From NCBI RefSeq assembly GCF_009914755.1, contig NC_060925.1: a stretch of DNA of 64,000 bases, one strand, 5' to 3'. Below the pieces are notes generated by a model. It saw nothing but the letters and a program-made list of their open reading frames with translations, was not told the DNA's origin and did not search any database. Each line of letters opens with the position of its first letter. Within the stretch, counting starts at the first letter, position 1. Position numbers and translations under genes: made by a program. The stretch comes from the human T2T-CHM13v2.0 reference genome, Homo sapiens. Shown in pieces: positions 32,800 to 50,514 of this stretch.

Positions 32800-33560
32800 C
32801 AAGACTCCGGGCCTGGTGGGTGTGGGTGCCCGCTCGCTTTTATCCTGCCTTCTCTGGCTGCAGCAATTAGCTTCCTCTTGCGAAGGGGATTAGGAGGACC
32901 ACCCCCCAGCGGCGGGGGTTGGGGGGCTCTCGCAGAGCTGTCAGGTGTCATTCGGCTTACCCAGCCCCCCCACCACTCCCCGCCCCTGCAATTAACTCCC
33001 TCTCCCGCTTTGCCAGCCCCTCACCCGCACAGAGACAAAGAGGCCTGTTCCCGAGGTGTCCGACCTCCTGCCCCCTTGGCGGGCCCCGCCCGGGTTCCTC
33101 CAGCAGGAATCGCCCCAGGCGCTGGGAGCCAGAGCTGGCCGGGTCTGACACCCGCCCCAGACTTTCCACGATCAGGTTTCAGCTCGACTAACGAGGGGGA
33201 AAGAAAGAACGCGCGACTTCCGCGGGCCGGAGCCGCGCGGGGGCCCGGGGGAAACGCCGGCCTGGTCTGGGTGGGAGGGGACGCGAAGAGGCTCCGGGCT
33301 CGGCCAGTGTCTGCCCCGGGACTGGGCCCTGGGACTAGGCGGGGCACAGGTGTCCCAGGAGGGGGCGCCCTGACTTGACGCGAACGGGCCACCTGTCCCT
33401 CCCACGCCTGCGCTGCCACCCGCCCTGCTCCGCCATCGCCTCCTCCAAAGCTCCCCGGATCCTCCGAGGCGTCGTCGTCCGAGTTGTTCTGCGGGAGGAA
33501 CTTCTGCTAAAGCCGGTCCTCGAGTCCCCCCCGCCTCAGGAGGGGCAGCGCCCGGATTGT
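32800..33560. promoter_or_regulatory. CpG island, non-repetitive, with no associated coding exon
   Basis: Visibly GC- and CpG-dense (cgcgcgacttccgcgggccggagccgcgcggg, cgtcgtcgtccg), GC boxes, and a CTCF-like ccaggagggggcgc at 33355-33368. Confidence 0.8.
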
Positions 33561-34561
33561 CTTAAGTACAACACTTGCCAAAAGGGGCTCTTTGGGATTT
33601 GGGACTTTTTTTCCTAAGCAACAGACGTACCTTTCCAGACTCACCAACTTAGAAGCACAGGTTTTCTGTTTGTTTCATTATTAGACTTTCAAAGATCATC
33701 GTGTCCCACAGCCTCCTCCTTTTCCCGATGAGGGGACTGAAAATCAGAAACATTTTGCCTTTTGCTTAAGGTCACACAGCTCAAGTTCACTGGGCGGCTG
33801 GGACTAGAGGGTCCGAATATTCTGCAGCTATGATATGAAAAAAATAAGTTTGGCTGGAGGGTGGAGGGCATCCAGGTCTGTCCTGGCCAGCCGGCGGGGA
33901 GGCTCAGCCCAGGGTTCAGATTTTCCTGGAGCCAGTCCACCAGCGGTCAGGCCACATGTGAGTAATAAAGAATTGAGTGTTGTGTACTTTAGGCTGGTCT
34001 CCCTCTTCCTGGCCCCCTTCCCCGGCCTTAACTTCCTTTTGGAGTCCCTACTGACTTCTGGGTGTCCACCATGGGCCCTGTTGGAAAAATTTCAGCTCCA
34101 TCCCAGAATAAAAGGAATGAAAACCTGGGGAAAGGAGCCAAGAAGGAAAAGCCACAAATACGCATCTGGCCGAGGCAGAGGGAGCAGCTCCAAGAGCCTG
34201 CAGAAATGCACTGTGACTGCTGTTTGCAGAGGTTCAGCTGCCAGAGGCTCGGATGCCCTCCTGGGTCCTGCTCTTGAGAAATCAGAGCAGGCAAGAGAGA
34301 AGACACATGTTCCCCACCAAATTTTTCCTGCCGCCAAGTCCTTCAGGTTTCTGCAGACCATGGGGAGGAGCAAGAACTATGGAGTCAGACAAGAGGTAGC
34401 TGGAATTCCAACTCCCCAACCCATTAGATGGGGCCTTGAGTAAGTGACTCAACCTCTCTAAGCCTCAGTTTCTTTGCCTGTTACATGAGGGGAACAACAG
34501 GACCATTATGAGGACTTATATAACGTGTACTATATAAAGCACTTAACACAGTTCTTGTACC

Positions 34562-35121
<560 letters not shown>

Positions 35122-36785
35122 CTTGTCTCCCAGCTCAGGATCTGCTTTTAGGGTAGCCCAAACAAAGACACAGGGGCATGTCTATGACGTGTGAGGAGCC
35201 ACAGCAAAGAGACAACCGAGAGAAGAGTGTAATGAGTGAGGGTGGGGGGAAGGAGGAGAGAAATAGCTTTCATAAACTCAGCGTCCTCCCAATCCTCTTG
35301 CAATCACATGGGGTTGCTGTTGTAGCCCTCCCTGCAGGATCTGTCAGGACTGTGCTTCCCGTACGTCAGGTCTGCCCTCTGCACCATCAGCCCTCTATCT
35401 CCACTCCCTCTGCTCATACCCAGGCAGGTAGGTAGTGTAAAGCCCACCTTCCTCTATAGGCCCCTCTCAGTAGTTCCTCTTCACAGACGGGCATTTATCC
35501 TACCAGGATTCTAGTCCCTCTTGCCAAGGAGAGATCCCAGGCTTTGGGGCAACACTGCCCTAGCCTCCTGAGCCCCACATGTGGAATATCTGGCCATGCC
35601 TTCCCACCTACTTTTCTCCTCAGGGCAGGCCCACCTCCGGGGTACTTTTCAACGCAGAGAGCCTCAGAGATTGGACATGAGAGAAAAAGGTGCTCTCCTG
35701 CATGATATTAGCTTTTCTTCCATCTGAAGTCACAAGGCTGGGTCATACAGTCAGTCCCTGGGGGCACATAGCTCTTAGGATTCGCTCCTAGCTACCAGGC
35801 AACTGGCAGAGACTAAACAGCTTATGTTTCTAAGAGGGAGTGGCTAGTGTTTATCAAAGACTGATGTGTGGGCTCCAGCAGCCTCTCCAGACAGTGGCTG
35901 AGGCCTGTCCTGAGCTCTGGGAAAGCAGGAAGTCCCCGGCTGGGCTGGGGCTTGCTGGCTTTGCAGGAGCACTGGCAGGATCTGAGGAAAGCGTTCCTCA
36001 CAGATGTCTCCTTCAGAGGCTGGTGGATTCCTTAACAGCTAATTAGTGAGAAGTCGCTACCATGATGGGGGCTGACCTAGGCCTTCCTCCACCTCCTCCT
36101 TGGGGTTGAGACCCCAGGAGAGACCAGCAATGCTTTACTATGGTCGTATTTCCTCCCCGACGTCAATGCTTTCTTTAGGAATCATCTCTTCAGTTTAAGC
36201 CTTTTCTCAGAAACCAGCTTTTCTCTGACAAGTTTGCAGCTCAAAAGGAACTGGCTCCTCTTACTGTTGAAATCGGGCACATCTGGAAGCAGTAAACTTT
36301 TCAGCAGGCTGAGGGGGAAGAAAAGATGTCTTGTAGGGGACAGATTCACCTCTGGGACTAATTATTCTTTATATTTCACCCGTCACGTTTACTATCTTTG
36401 TCAGAGCAAAGAGACAATAAGTGATCTCATTAAATCCCAGAAAGATGCTTCTCCCCTTCAAGGAGAACCTCTCAACACCCTGTCCTCTGACAAGGGCCAT
36501 GTCACTGAGGTTGGCACAGGGGCCTGGGAATCAGGGATGGGTGGGGCAGAGGCGCTTCCAAATGCTTTTCTTCATTTGAATATAGTGTCTGTGTTTTCTA
36601 TTGCTGGAAATACCCTTGTGGGTCTGAAATCAAAGTCTTCTCTGGCCACATTTTCCCCAGACGTAGGCTCCCTTTGGAAAGACAGAAATGAGAGGGGATC
36701 GGTCGTGGGGTTAAAAAAAATCATTTTGGGGGAATTCTGAACCAGCTCTTCTTCTCCCTTCTTCCTATCAAAAACTCATCCTGTG

Positions 36786-37094
<309 letters not shown>

Positions 37095-37115
37095 TCAGAT
37101 TCTTCCAGGGCTGGG

Positions 37116-37594
37116 TGACAGTTGTATGAAACCCCTATTAACCCCAGTGAGTAAGGCACCAAGTTCAAGAGGCTGAAGATGAGACCCAGAGCCAGCAAAT
37201 GAGACATGGGGTTTTATTAGAGGCTTCCATACAGGGGGACATCGGGCCGGACAACATAATCGAGTGGCCTAGTGGCAGTGGGCTGGGCAGGAAAACTGCA
37301 ATGGCCTCCAAATCTCATGCAGTTTGTATAGCATTTTCACTTAACACCCTCCCCCTAACAGCTTTCACCCAGCAGAGTTCATTTAGCCCCAAAACTCAGG
37401 GCCTTAATCCCCTGTACCACCATGTCCCATAGGATGGGCCAGGGACTCAGATGTTCTGCATAGACAAGGAATGAATCTCCTGGTTGGCTACTCCCAGATT
37501 CCCTAGCTCAGAACACACATTCTGGTGCATCTGCCATACAGGGTCATTCTGAGGATATGCTAAACTTAATGCTGACAGGTGCGTTTACCCTACA
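37116..37594 (-). mobile_element. ERV1 solo LTR (MER66-like)
   Basis: Minus strand starts tgtagggtaaacgcacctgtcagcattaagtttagcatatcctcagaatgaccctgtatggcagatgcacc; TATA-like and AATAAA on the minus strand. Confidence 0.6.
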
Positions 37595-38036
37595 ATGACC
37601 CTCCACAAAGCCATCGCTGTGATACCAGGGTTCAGGAGTTGCTGTCACTTCCTTTCCCAACCACATAAATGAGCAGCTCAGACAGGGCCCCAGCATCCGA
37701 TTGATTGTCTTCCCAATCCACACCTTTTAACCCTTCAAACAGATACACTCAAGTCAAGGGGATGAGTGTAGGGTGAGAAATTCTCTCCCTCTGCACTCTT
37801 GTCAGATGTTGGCCTGAGGTGGCCCAGAAGGGTCTGAACCGCATCTTCTGAAGGATGCCTGGTGTCTTTCAGGTCTTCCTTACTTAAAATGTGCTTGACA
37901 AAATTAGCATCACTTGAAATCTCCTTCAAAAGTACACAGTCTCCTAACCCTTTCCTGCCCCACATCCCAGGCATTTTAACAAGACCTCCAGGTGATTTGT
38001 ATGAATGCTGTAGAATGAGACGTTGTGTTCTAGATC

Positions 38037-38208
38037 AGTAGTTCTCAGTAATTGGCTTGGCTCAGAATCACTGGCAAGACTTGTTAAAATGTTGACTGCA
38101 GGACCCTGCCCCAGAGTTTCTGATTCCAAAGGTCTGGCATGGCTGAGAATGTACATTTTTAATAAGTTCCCATGTGGTGCAGGTGGTGCTGATCCAGGGA
38201 CAACACCA
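38037..38208. mobile_element. MER5A-like hAT-Charlie MITE
   Basis: cagtagttctca...cagaatcactgg...ccccagagtttctgattc...tttttaataagttcccatgtg. Confidence 0.75.
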
Positions 38209-38374
38209 ACATGGTTCCCAAGCCTAATTGCATAACACTTAAGGAATTGTGTTTAAAAATACAGATTCCTGGGCTCCACTCAAGAAATTCAGATTCTAAG
38301 GTCTTATAATCTAATAACAGGGTTTTTACAACAAAGTACATTTATATAGCACTTTAAAGTTTACAAAATGCTTT

Positions 38375-39661
38375 TGTCAGAGGCTTTTGAACCAGAGCAA
38401 CTCCATTTTGAATAGGAGTTGGGTAAAATGAGGCTGAGATCTACTCGGCTGCATTCCCAGAGAGTTAAGGCATTCTAAGTCACAGGATGAGATAGGAGGT
38501 CAGCACAAGATATAGGTCATACAGACTTTGTTGATAAAACAGGCTGCAGTAAAGAAGCCAGTTAAAACCCACCAAAACCAAGATGGTGACAAGAGTGACC
38601 TCTGGTTGTCCTCACTGCTACACTCCCACCAGTGCCATGACAGTTTACAAATGCCATGGCAACATCAGGAGGTTACCCTATATGGTCTAAAGGGAGGCAT
38701 GAATAATCCACCCCTTGTTTAGCATATCATCAAGAAATAACCATAAAAATGGTTAACCAGCAGCCCTCAGGGCTGCTCTCCCTGTGGAGTAGCCATTCTT
38801 TTATTCCTTTACTTTCCTGATAAACTTGCTTTCACTTTGCTCTGTGGACTTACCTCAAATTCTTTCTTGCGTGAGATCCAAGAATCCTCTCTTGGGGTCT
38901 GGATCAGGACTCCTTTCCGGTAATGAAATGAGAGAGTTCCCTGACCCCTTTGCAGGATGTGCAATAGGGGTGTGGCTCATTTATTCGGCCCCCCCAAATA
39001 CTCAAATCCCTTAAGGTAGCGGGAGCCTGCAGGTGAGCAGGTGCAGGAGCTGGGGTGAGCGCTTTTGGGCTCCAGCCCCACAGCAGCGTCTAGGGGTGTT
39101 ACAATGCTGTTTTAGCCCTGCCATATGGGGATGACTTAATTGTTAAACAGCTGAGTGAAGAGTCAGTATGACAGCCTTTTTGGCTTCCTGCATCCAGTGC
39201 ATCCCGAATTCTTGTCCAGTGTCCAGGAAGAATCAGGTCACACAGACTTGAAGGATGGTGAATGCGGGAATTTTATTGAGTGATAGAGGTGGCACTCAGT
39301 GGGATGGGGAGCTGGGGAGGGGATGGAATGGGAAGATGATCTTCCCCTGGAGTTTAGGCATCCTGCCGCCAGGATGCCTCCTCTCCAACTGCTCCCAGCT
39401 GAGCTCTCGACATTCAGATGCTTTGTCTGTTCTCGCCGTCTCTGCTGTGCTGCTCTGCTGCTCTTCTGCTTGTGGAGCCTGGCATTTGAGGTTTTTAAGG
39501 GTACAGAATGGGGGACGTAGTGGGCCAGGGTGGTTTTGGAAAACACTTGGGCAGGAGGTCAGGGATAACTGTTCTCATTTAGGGCCATGGTTTCCAGCCT
39601 TTGCCGGGTAACCACCCTCTTCTACCCAGTATTTCCCTGCCTCCTGTCTGTATCAGTAACA
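38375..39661 (+). mobile_element. MER41A-like solo LTR (interrupted 2 bp before its 3' end)
   Basis: tgtcagaggcttttgaaccagagcaactcc...ggtctaaagggaggcatgaataatcc...cctttccggtaa[insert]gtaaca; 4-bp TSD cttt (38371-38374, 39662-39665). Confidence 0.87.
38924..39655 (-). mobile_element. LTR1-family ERV1 solo LTR nested in MER41A
   Basis: Minus strand starts tgatacagacaggaggcagggaaatactgggtagaagaggg; 4-bp TSD gtaa (38920-38923, 39656-39659). Confidence 0.75.
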
Positions 39662-40655
39662 CTTTTATAAGCAATATTCCATTTACTCTTTGGAATGAAG
39701 AATCTTCTTACAAATAAGGAGGAAGCTCAGGTTCTGAGAGGTTAAGCAATTTATCTAATATTTCTTAGTGAGTAAGCCAAGATTTGAACCCAAGAATTCC
39801 AAAGCCACAACCTAAACTTTTCCATCTCATCACAGCCTGTTACAAAATCATTGTAAAGACTGAGTCTATTTCAAGTATTTTTAGTTTCATGATCACATTT
39901 GAGATAACTGTTCATAGGATTTTTCAGAGGCAGTTTTATGGTTTTGTGGAAACTGGTTAATGAACAGATAAGACTGTTTTGTACAAAGCAACATCTATTC
40001 CCATGCTGGTAATATCCTTGGGTACTTAGAAGCATGCCAAATAGATTGAACGTGCCTTCTCTGGTCTTAACTACCCTTTCAATTACCTTTTTTTTTTAAA
40101 ACAGGTTAAAAAAAAAAGTAAAAAGACCCAACCCTTTCTTCAAAGGTCAAACTGATCAAATTTTGATTTAGCTGAGCCTGAATCAATGAGTTTACTGTGT
40201 GTGCAGACTCCCAGTCCACATCACTGCCATACTGCCCAACTAAGCTTTTTCAGTCAAAGAAAAGGCATCTGCTTGCATTGTAAGTACTAGTTGTTGATGA
40301 CAAAAAAAAAAAACATTGTATGCCTCAGGCCATATCTACGAAAAAAAAAAAGAAAAAACTCTTCCCTGAATCTGTCCTCAGATCCTTTTTAAATGCAAGT
40401 TGAGACGAGAGGTTTCCAAGCTGGCTGGGACCAAGAACAATGCCCTGTAGCTGTGGGTGTGGGAGTGGGTGCGGCTTGTCATCCGGCAGCTTTTGAAGAG
40501 GTGTCAAAAAAAGGCCATTTTGAAATAAGTGCTCCAGTTACCTAAAAGAGGGCAGCGCCTAGGTCAGAAATGTCCAGAGGTCTCCTTGAAAAAAGAAAAA
40601 GGGAGAAAACAGCCTTCCTAGCTGGGAAGCAGAGCTGATATTCTCCCATGCGTGA

Positions 40656-41036
<381 letters not shown>

Positions 41037-44012
41037 TTAGTTGAGGTTTTAACTGGCAAAACTTTCTTCTTTCAAAGTCCAGTGCTCGACTGATTTTCTC
41101 CTTTCCTCCCTGTCTGGCAGGGATGGCAGTGGGGAAGTTGAGGTGCTGCAGAAGAGTGAGCCGAGGGTGCCTGTGTCTTAGATCACATGCCATAACCAGG
41201 AAATATTTTTAGAAATCCAGAAAAAAAAAATCTCCTGGGCGAATGCTGTCGATTTTGTGCTGTTTGGGGAAAGTGGCTCATCAGAGTAAATGCCTCTCTC
41301 TCTGATGCCTTAAGTATCCTCCCTGCCTCAGATGAGCAGGTTATTAAGGTAATGTTACCCTTTATTGCTGAAAAGCAGTGTAAATAGACACCCAGACTAC
41401 AGAGATTAGCTGCTTTCAAACTGCAGAAATGAGACACTTTCTCCTACAATTTCCGTTTTCACCAAATAGCATACCCTATTTACTTGGGGGAAATAGTCGC
41501 CTTCTTATAATGACCACACCCATTTGCTCAGATGGAAGAAGCTGGCAAAGTAAGTGCTGTTATTATCTGGGCAAATCTTTGAGAGTTTTCTTCCTCATCC
41601 TGTGTTGTTCTGCTGTGAGCTTACTGCCTTCCCTTCATTCAGTCACATGCAGAAGGTACTGCCCCTTCTGCTCCCCACAAGGGTCAAGGAACTCCCAGTC
41701 CTAGGATAGAGGGTGTCTCTTGACTGATGGGGATAGGGGTAGGGGTGAGAATCATTTCAGGACCATCTGATACTGACAGAGGAGACCCAGCCTGCTGCCC
41801 TTGGAGAGCTCTCAGCTGATGAAGGCACAGCCCTGACATGAGGAAATTTACACACACACATGCACGCATAGACACATACATATATACATTTACACATGTA
41901 CATATGTGCACATATATACACATACATTTCCACCAAATATTATATATTAATATATTTTTTCTGGGAACACATAGGGAAAAGTAGCATTTGGTGAATAACA
42001 CTGAGACTAAGAGACAGCATAATTAGTATTCATTGACCCAAACTATGGAGTTAGTGCTGGGGAAAAGAGATCTTAAAAGGAGGGGGTGTCCCTCCATGTA
42101 GAGTGAGTCAGTGTGACCTAGGTATACTCCGAGTGCTTAATATTAGCCTAGGAAAGAATAGCAGAGACTCCGCCTGCTGCTTCCCGACAGGGATTTCTTT
42201 ATAACCAAAGCACAATAGCTTTACCCAGCCCACTGTAACAGGATAAACAAGTTTGATGTAACTTCCAAATCTATTTTCTATTGTAAGTTCGTTTATTGAA
42301 TAAAATAGCAATTCAACATGTTTGCAAATCATGGTGCTGTTAGATGCCAACGCTGGCAGAGATTCATGTGTTTACTGTACAGCTCGCCCAGTTAGGCTCT
42401 GCTACTCAGCAGAGCAGCAATGTGGAATTCCAAACAGCTGCAAGTAGTAAGTGGAAAGCGATTTTTGCTAATCATCCAGGAGGTTATGTGGCATGGTGGA
42501 AACTGGTTCCAGACAACAACTTGCGTGTAGAGTCAGGACTTGGAAGCAGCTTCTGGATATTTGCTTTTTGGACTGATACAAAGTAAGAGCGAAGCGGTGA
42601 CGTGATCTTGCACACTTGCATTTAGTATTCTCTAAATGTGAACCTGAATTTGTTTTACATTAGAAAACCCCTTTTCAACAGTTTTTGGGCCTGGTTCCCA
42701 GCATCTGAAGAAAATGCACAAAAGCAAAGATGTGGTCCACTTATGGGGGAAAATGGGAAAGCTACCTCCTCATGCTTCTCCAAAGGACTTAAACATTCTT
42801 CTGAGGATGTGTGTGGTTTTTTAAAATCTATGTTGAATGTAGAATTAACTTACATCCATTCAGCCAGAGAAAAGTTGATCTTGGTTTCTCAGTAAAAGCA
42901 CATTTTCAAGATATCGATGTGGAATCAGGGGCTTTGGTGGTGGTCTACCAAGAAGTATACCTAATCTGTGAGTATCCCTGCCCAAGTTGGCCACTCTAAA
43001 ACTCAAGATTTCCTAGGTCTACCATCACCTTTTGCCGTGCAATGATCCCCAGCCCTGTTCCTCCCTGTCCTGGCTAGAGCTTAGAATGGGCTTTGGAAGC
43101 CCAAGCTAGAGGTTGCATTTCTCTCCCATCAAGAATGGGAAATGAAGACCCTCTGCTGCTGCTTTTTATCTGCAGCTAGAGCACTAAGAACATGGCCTCA
43201 AAGCTGGCTGCCAGGTACACAAGTAGCCAGGATCTCTGCTAGGTCCCTTCTGTCCTGGTCTTTGGCATCCGAGGTAGACCTAGCCTGTGTTCCAGCCGCC
43301 TAGCTGTTTGCTGCCAGCTCAGTTTCCCAGGACTTGGGCCTAATCCCGGTCTCACGCCTCACATGGAGCTGGCTGGTTCCCGTTAGCATTTCAGTCTACC
43401 CCTAATGGCGAGCACCGTTGCTGCCAAGAACTCATGAAACTGGATTCCCATTTGGCCCCTTCTGATCAGACTCTTCTGGACAACTTTGCCTGCTTGGAAA
43501 CAGGCGGCAGTTATGCCACGTCCCTTGGACTTGTCTATGGCTGCTCAGGGAAGGGCTGTGTCTGGTCCGTATGTTCTGATTCATGATATCCCCTCCCCCC
43601 AGCCTGTAGTGCAATTGGCTTCAATCTGGAATTCTAGGTAATGCTAACCCCTTTTGGAATAGCTCCTTATAGCTATGATCTGTGCTGAACGAAATAATCT
43701 TATCAAGTGCAGAGGCTTTCAGAGAATGTTATCTACCTTTCAAAGTAAAGTTCTCAAGAACATTCTAGAAGATCACATGTTTTGTTTTTTCTCCACAGCC
43801 TAGCTCAAGGAATAGGAGATTTGATAGATTTATGACAAGGCCTTTTTCAAATGCATTGATCTGGCTAGCTTTGGTCCTCAAAAGAATGTTCTGCCCTGGA
43901 GCAGGCCGGTCTTATCAGACACAGCTACGCAAATGGGTTGGTTCTTGCAAATGGTCCAACTGACCATAGAGAAAAATAATTAGCCAAGTCTTTAGTTATG
44001 CCTAAGAGTGTA

Positions 44013-46292
<2,280 letters not shown>

Positions 46293-46422
46293 GCTATTTT
46301 CGTTGGGACTTCTGCCTAGAAGAAAATCCTTATTGATCTGTATGTTATGAAGGCTAGTGGCATTCAAAACTGTTAGCTGCATTCAGACAATTTTTATTTA
46401 TTAATGGAACCTTAATTTTTAA

Positions 46423-46770
<348 letters not shown>

Positions 46771-47506
46771 TAATAATCTGTTAATCTAAATGCATACAGA
46801 AACACAACTTATGAGTTGGCCATTTTTTTCTTGCTATGGAAAATTAGATAACAACTACTGAACAAGCTCACAGATAGTAACTTGGAAATATACTTAAAAC
46901 AGAGGTACATATGATCGTTTACTACTATTTTTCTTATTTCCAATAGCTAGAATCACTATAAATGTCCCACATTAAGATTTGTGTTCGTTCATTTCTGGTG
47001 TGTCCAAAAGGAATAAAACAGTATTCCCAAACATTTAATATTTTAATTGTTTTGTTATTTTCAATGGGTTTTAGAAATAAATCACTTACTCTGGCCTCAT
47101 CCATTAGTACAAACTTATTACTGCTTCAAATCATCTTTTGGCTAGATTGTATATACAAATAAATATGTAATTCACTGAAAATCTACTCAGTACATGTTGC
47201 CAGGCTTAGTCAAGGGAGCCCTAAAGCAGAGGTGTTTGAGACCTCTCCATTAAGCTATGAAGACCTTTTTGTTAGTTACAAAACTCCTCTTACTGTAGGT
47301 AAAATAGGTGAAATAGTGGCTGATGTTGAGTCGGTGGTAGAAGGCCCAGACCCTGCTGTGAGCCACTCCTCCAGTCTCAAGGGTCTCCTCAGTATACCTA
47401 GACTACTATGAAGCACAGTTTGAAAACATGGCCTATTAGATGAGGTGTAATTTCAACCTTAGTGTTTCTTGGGTACCGAAGTGGGTCACCTTAGTAGTAG
47501 TAACCC

Positions 47507-47650
47507 ATGCCAGGCACTGTGGTGGACACCTGTAATCCCAGCACTTTGGGAGGCTGAAATGGGTGAATCTCTTGAGTCTAGGAGTTTGAGACCAGCCTGG
47601 GTAACATGGCAAAACCTCATCTCTACAAAAAATACAAAATTAAAAAAAAT
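47507..47650 (+). mobile_element. Alu left monomer
   Basis: Single arm with A-rich end. Confidence 0.85.
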
Positions 47651-48920
47651 AGTAATAACCCAAGTTTTATTGACTCTTCTTACCGCATGCTCAACTAGGA
47701 CCTTCTATTTGTTTCAACAAAGTTCTATCCAGACTTCATTGAGGATGTCTCACATGTCCTTATGAATGGTGACCATGTTATTATAGTCAACGCACAGATT
47801 CCTCTAGGCTCGTCCCTCTTCTTTGGCCTCAGCCCCATCCAAGTTTGCTGTCCACAAAACCTCTTGAGATGACTCTCCATTGCCCTAGCTTCTGGCCACC
47901 ACAATCAGAATTTCAACATCCAAGCCAACTAAATCCAGAGGCCAAAGTTTCTAATCCATGAGGGCCAGAACAGCACTATGTCCTGGCCCATCTGTCTGGC
48001 AACCTGTGTCATGCGGGTCCCTCAGGAAAGTAAGAATGATACTCTTGCCTCAGGCCTCACTGAGTCCCTCACAAAGACCAATAGTATAGCTTTAGCTCAC
48101 AGCCCCTTTTCTACCAGGCTCAGACATCAAACTGAGGTGCCAGGTATGGAACAAATCCCACTTTGGCCTTTCATTTTTACCTCCAACCCGATGGCCACTA
48201 AACCTCCTCCCTTCTGTTTCTACTCCATATAGCAAACCTACAAACTGACTATTCTTGTCCACCCACCAGTTTAGGTCCATTCTCTGACATGTTTAAATCT
48301 CAATTTGGGCTTAAAGTGGAATTAATTCATCAGATGACATTATTCTAAACAAGTTTGATATCAGCTGCCTTGTTTTCCTTAGGTTGACACCATTGACTTC
48401 TTTATGCCGTGGCTCTGAGCCCAGCCCTGGGGTGCCATGAGCTTAGATGGAGAGATTTGCTCAGGACATGAGACAGCTTCAGCATATGCACCAATATCTT
48501 TGGCCCTTGGAATGAATGTGTTATCCAAAGGGCAGCTACTGTCTTTAATAGATTTCCTGGAAAATTATGGAGAAAAACAAACAAACAAACCACAAAAGCT
48601 ATTTCCTGATTTTTCCAGCAACTCTGACTAGTTTTGAGTAGGTTGTTTTTATTATTTCTTCCTTTGGGGAACGAATTAAAGTTGTGTGTTTATTTCTGCA
48701 ACATTGAGAAACACAAAAGAAAGTCTCCCAAAAGGATGATCCTCTTTCCCATTGCAGATATTTGCCAACAACCACATGAAAAGGAAAAATATGCTTGAAG
48801 ACAATGCATTATGCAACAGATTTGCCTTATAATATTACTTATAATTCCAATTCTATTTTAAATTCATTTAAGGTGTGACTCCCCACTCCCCTGCACCATC
48901 CAAAGTCATTTAAAGACCTA

Positions 48921-49237
<317 letters not shown>

Positions 49238-49637
49238 ACCTAGATGATAAATAAATAATCATACTGATAACAGCCTCTCATATTACCAGAGAGAACACGA
49301 TTCTAATAAAAGCCAGTCATGACCACACTCAACATCTAGGATGGGGAAAAACTGTTGTGTTCTTTTCCCATTGGCTCTCCTTTTGGTCATATGAAGACAG
49401 CTTTAGGGCATTTGGAAGGCCCGTCTTGAGAACTTCTCAAGGCTGGTTTTAGTTAGTGGCACTTAGAGTACAACATGTTTAGATTTTTCCAAGAGGACCA
49501 TCTCTAAGCAATCTTTCGCCTGCCAATAGCAACAGCATCTCATAACCATGATGTGCTACTATGCTCAAAGAATGCTTCCGTCTTCAAGGTAACAAAAGAA
49601 TAGAACAAAGGCAGTTGAAGGAACTGAGACATATAAA

Positions 49638-50514
<877 letters not shown>

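Noticed and set aside
32878-33419. Overlapping Pro/Gly/Arg-rich ORFs on both strands
   Set aside because: Expected from stop-codon scarcity in a GC-rich island; no homology recognised.
33835-34443. 202-aa ORF downstream of the CpG island
   Set aside because: No recognisable domain and the 3' end runs into a MIR; cannot be supported without expression or conservation data.
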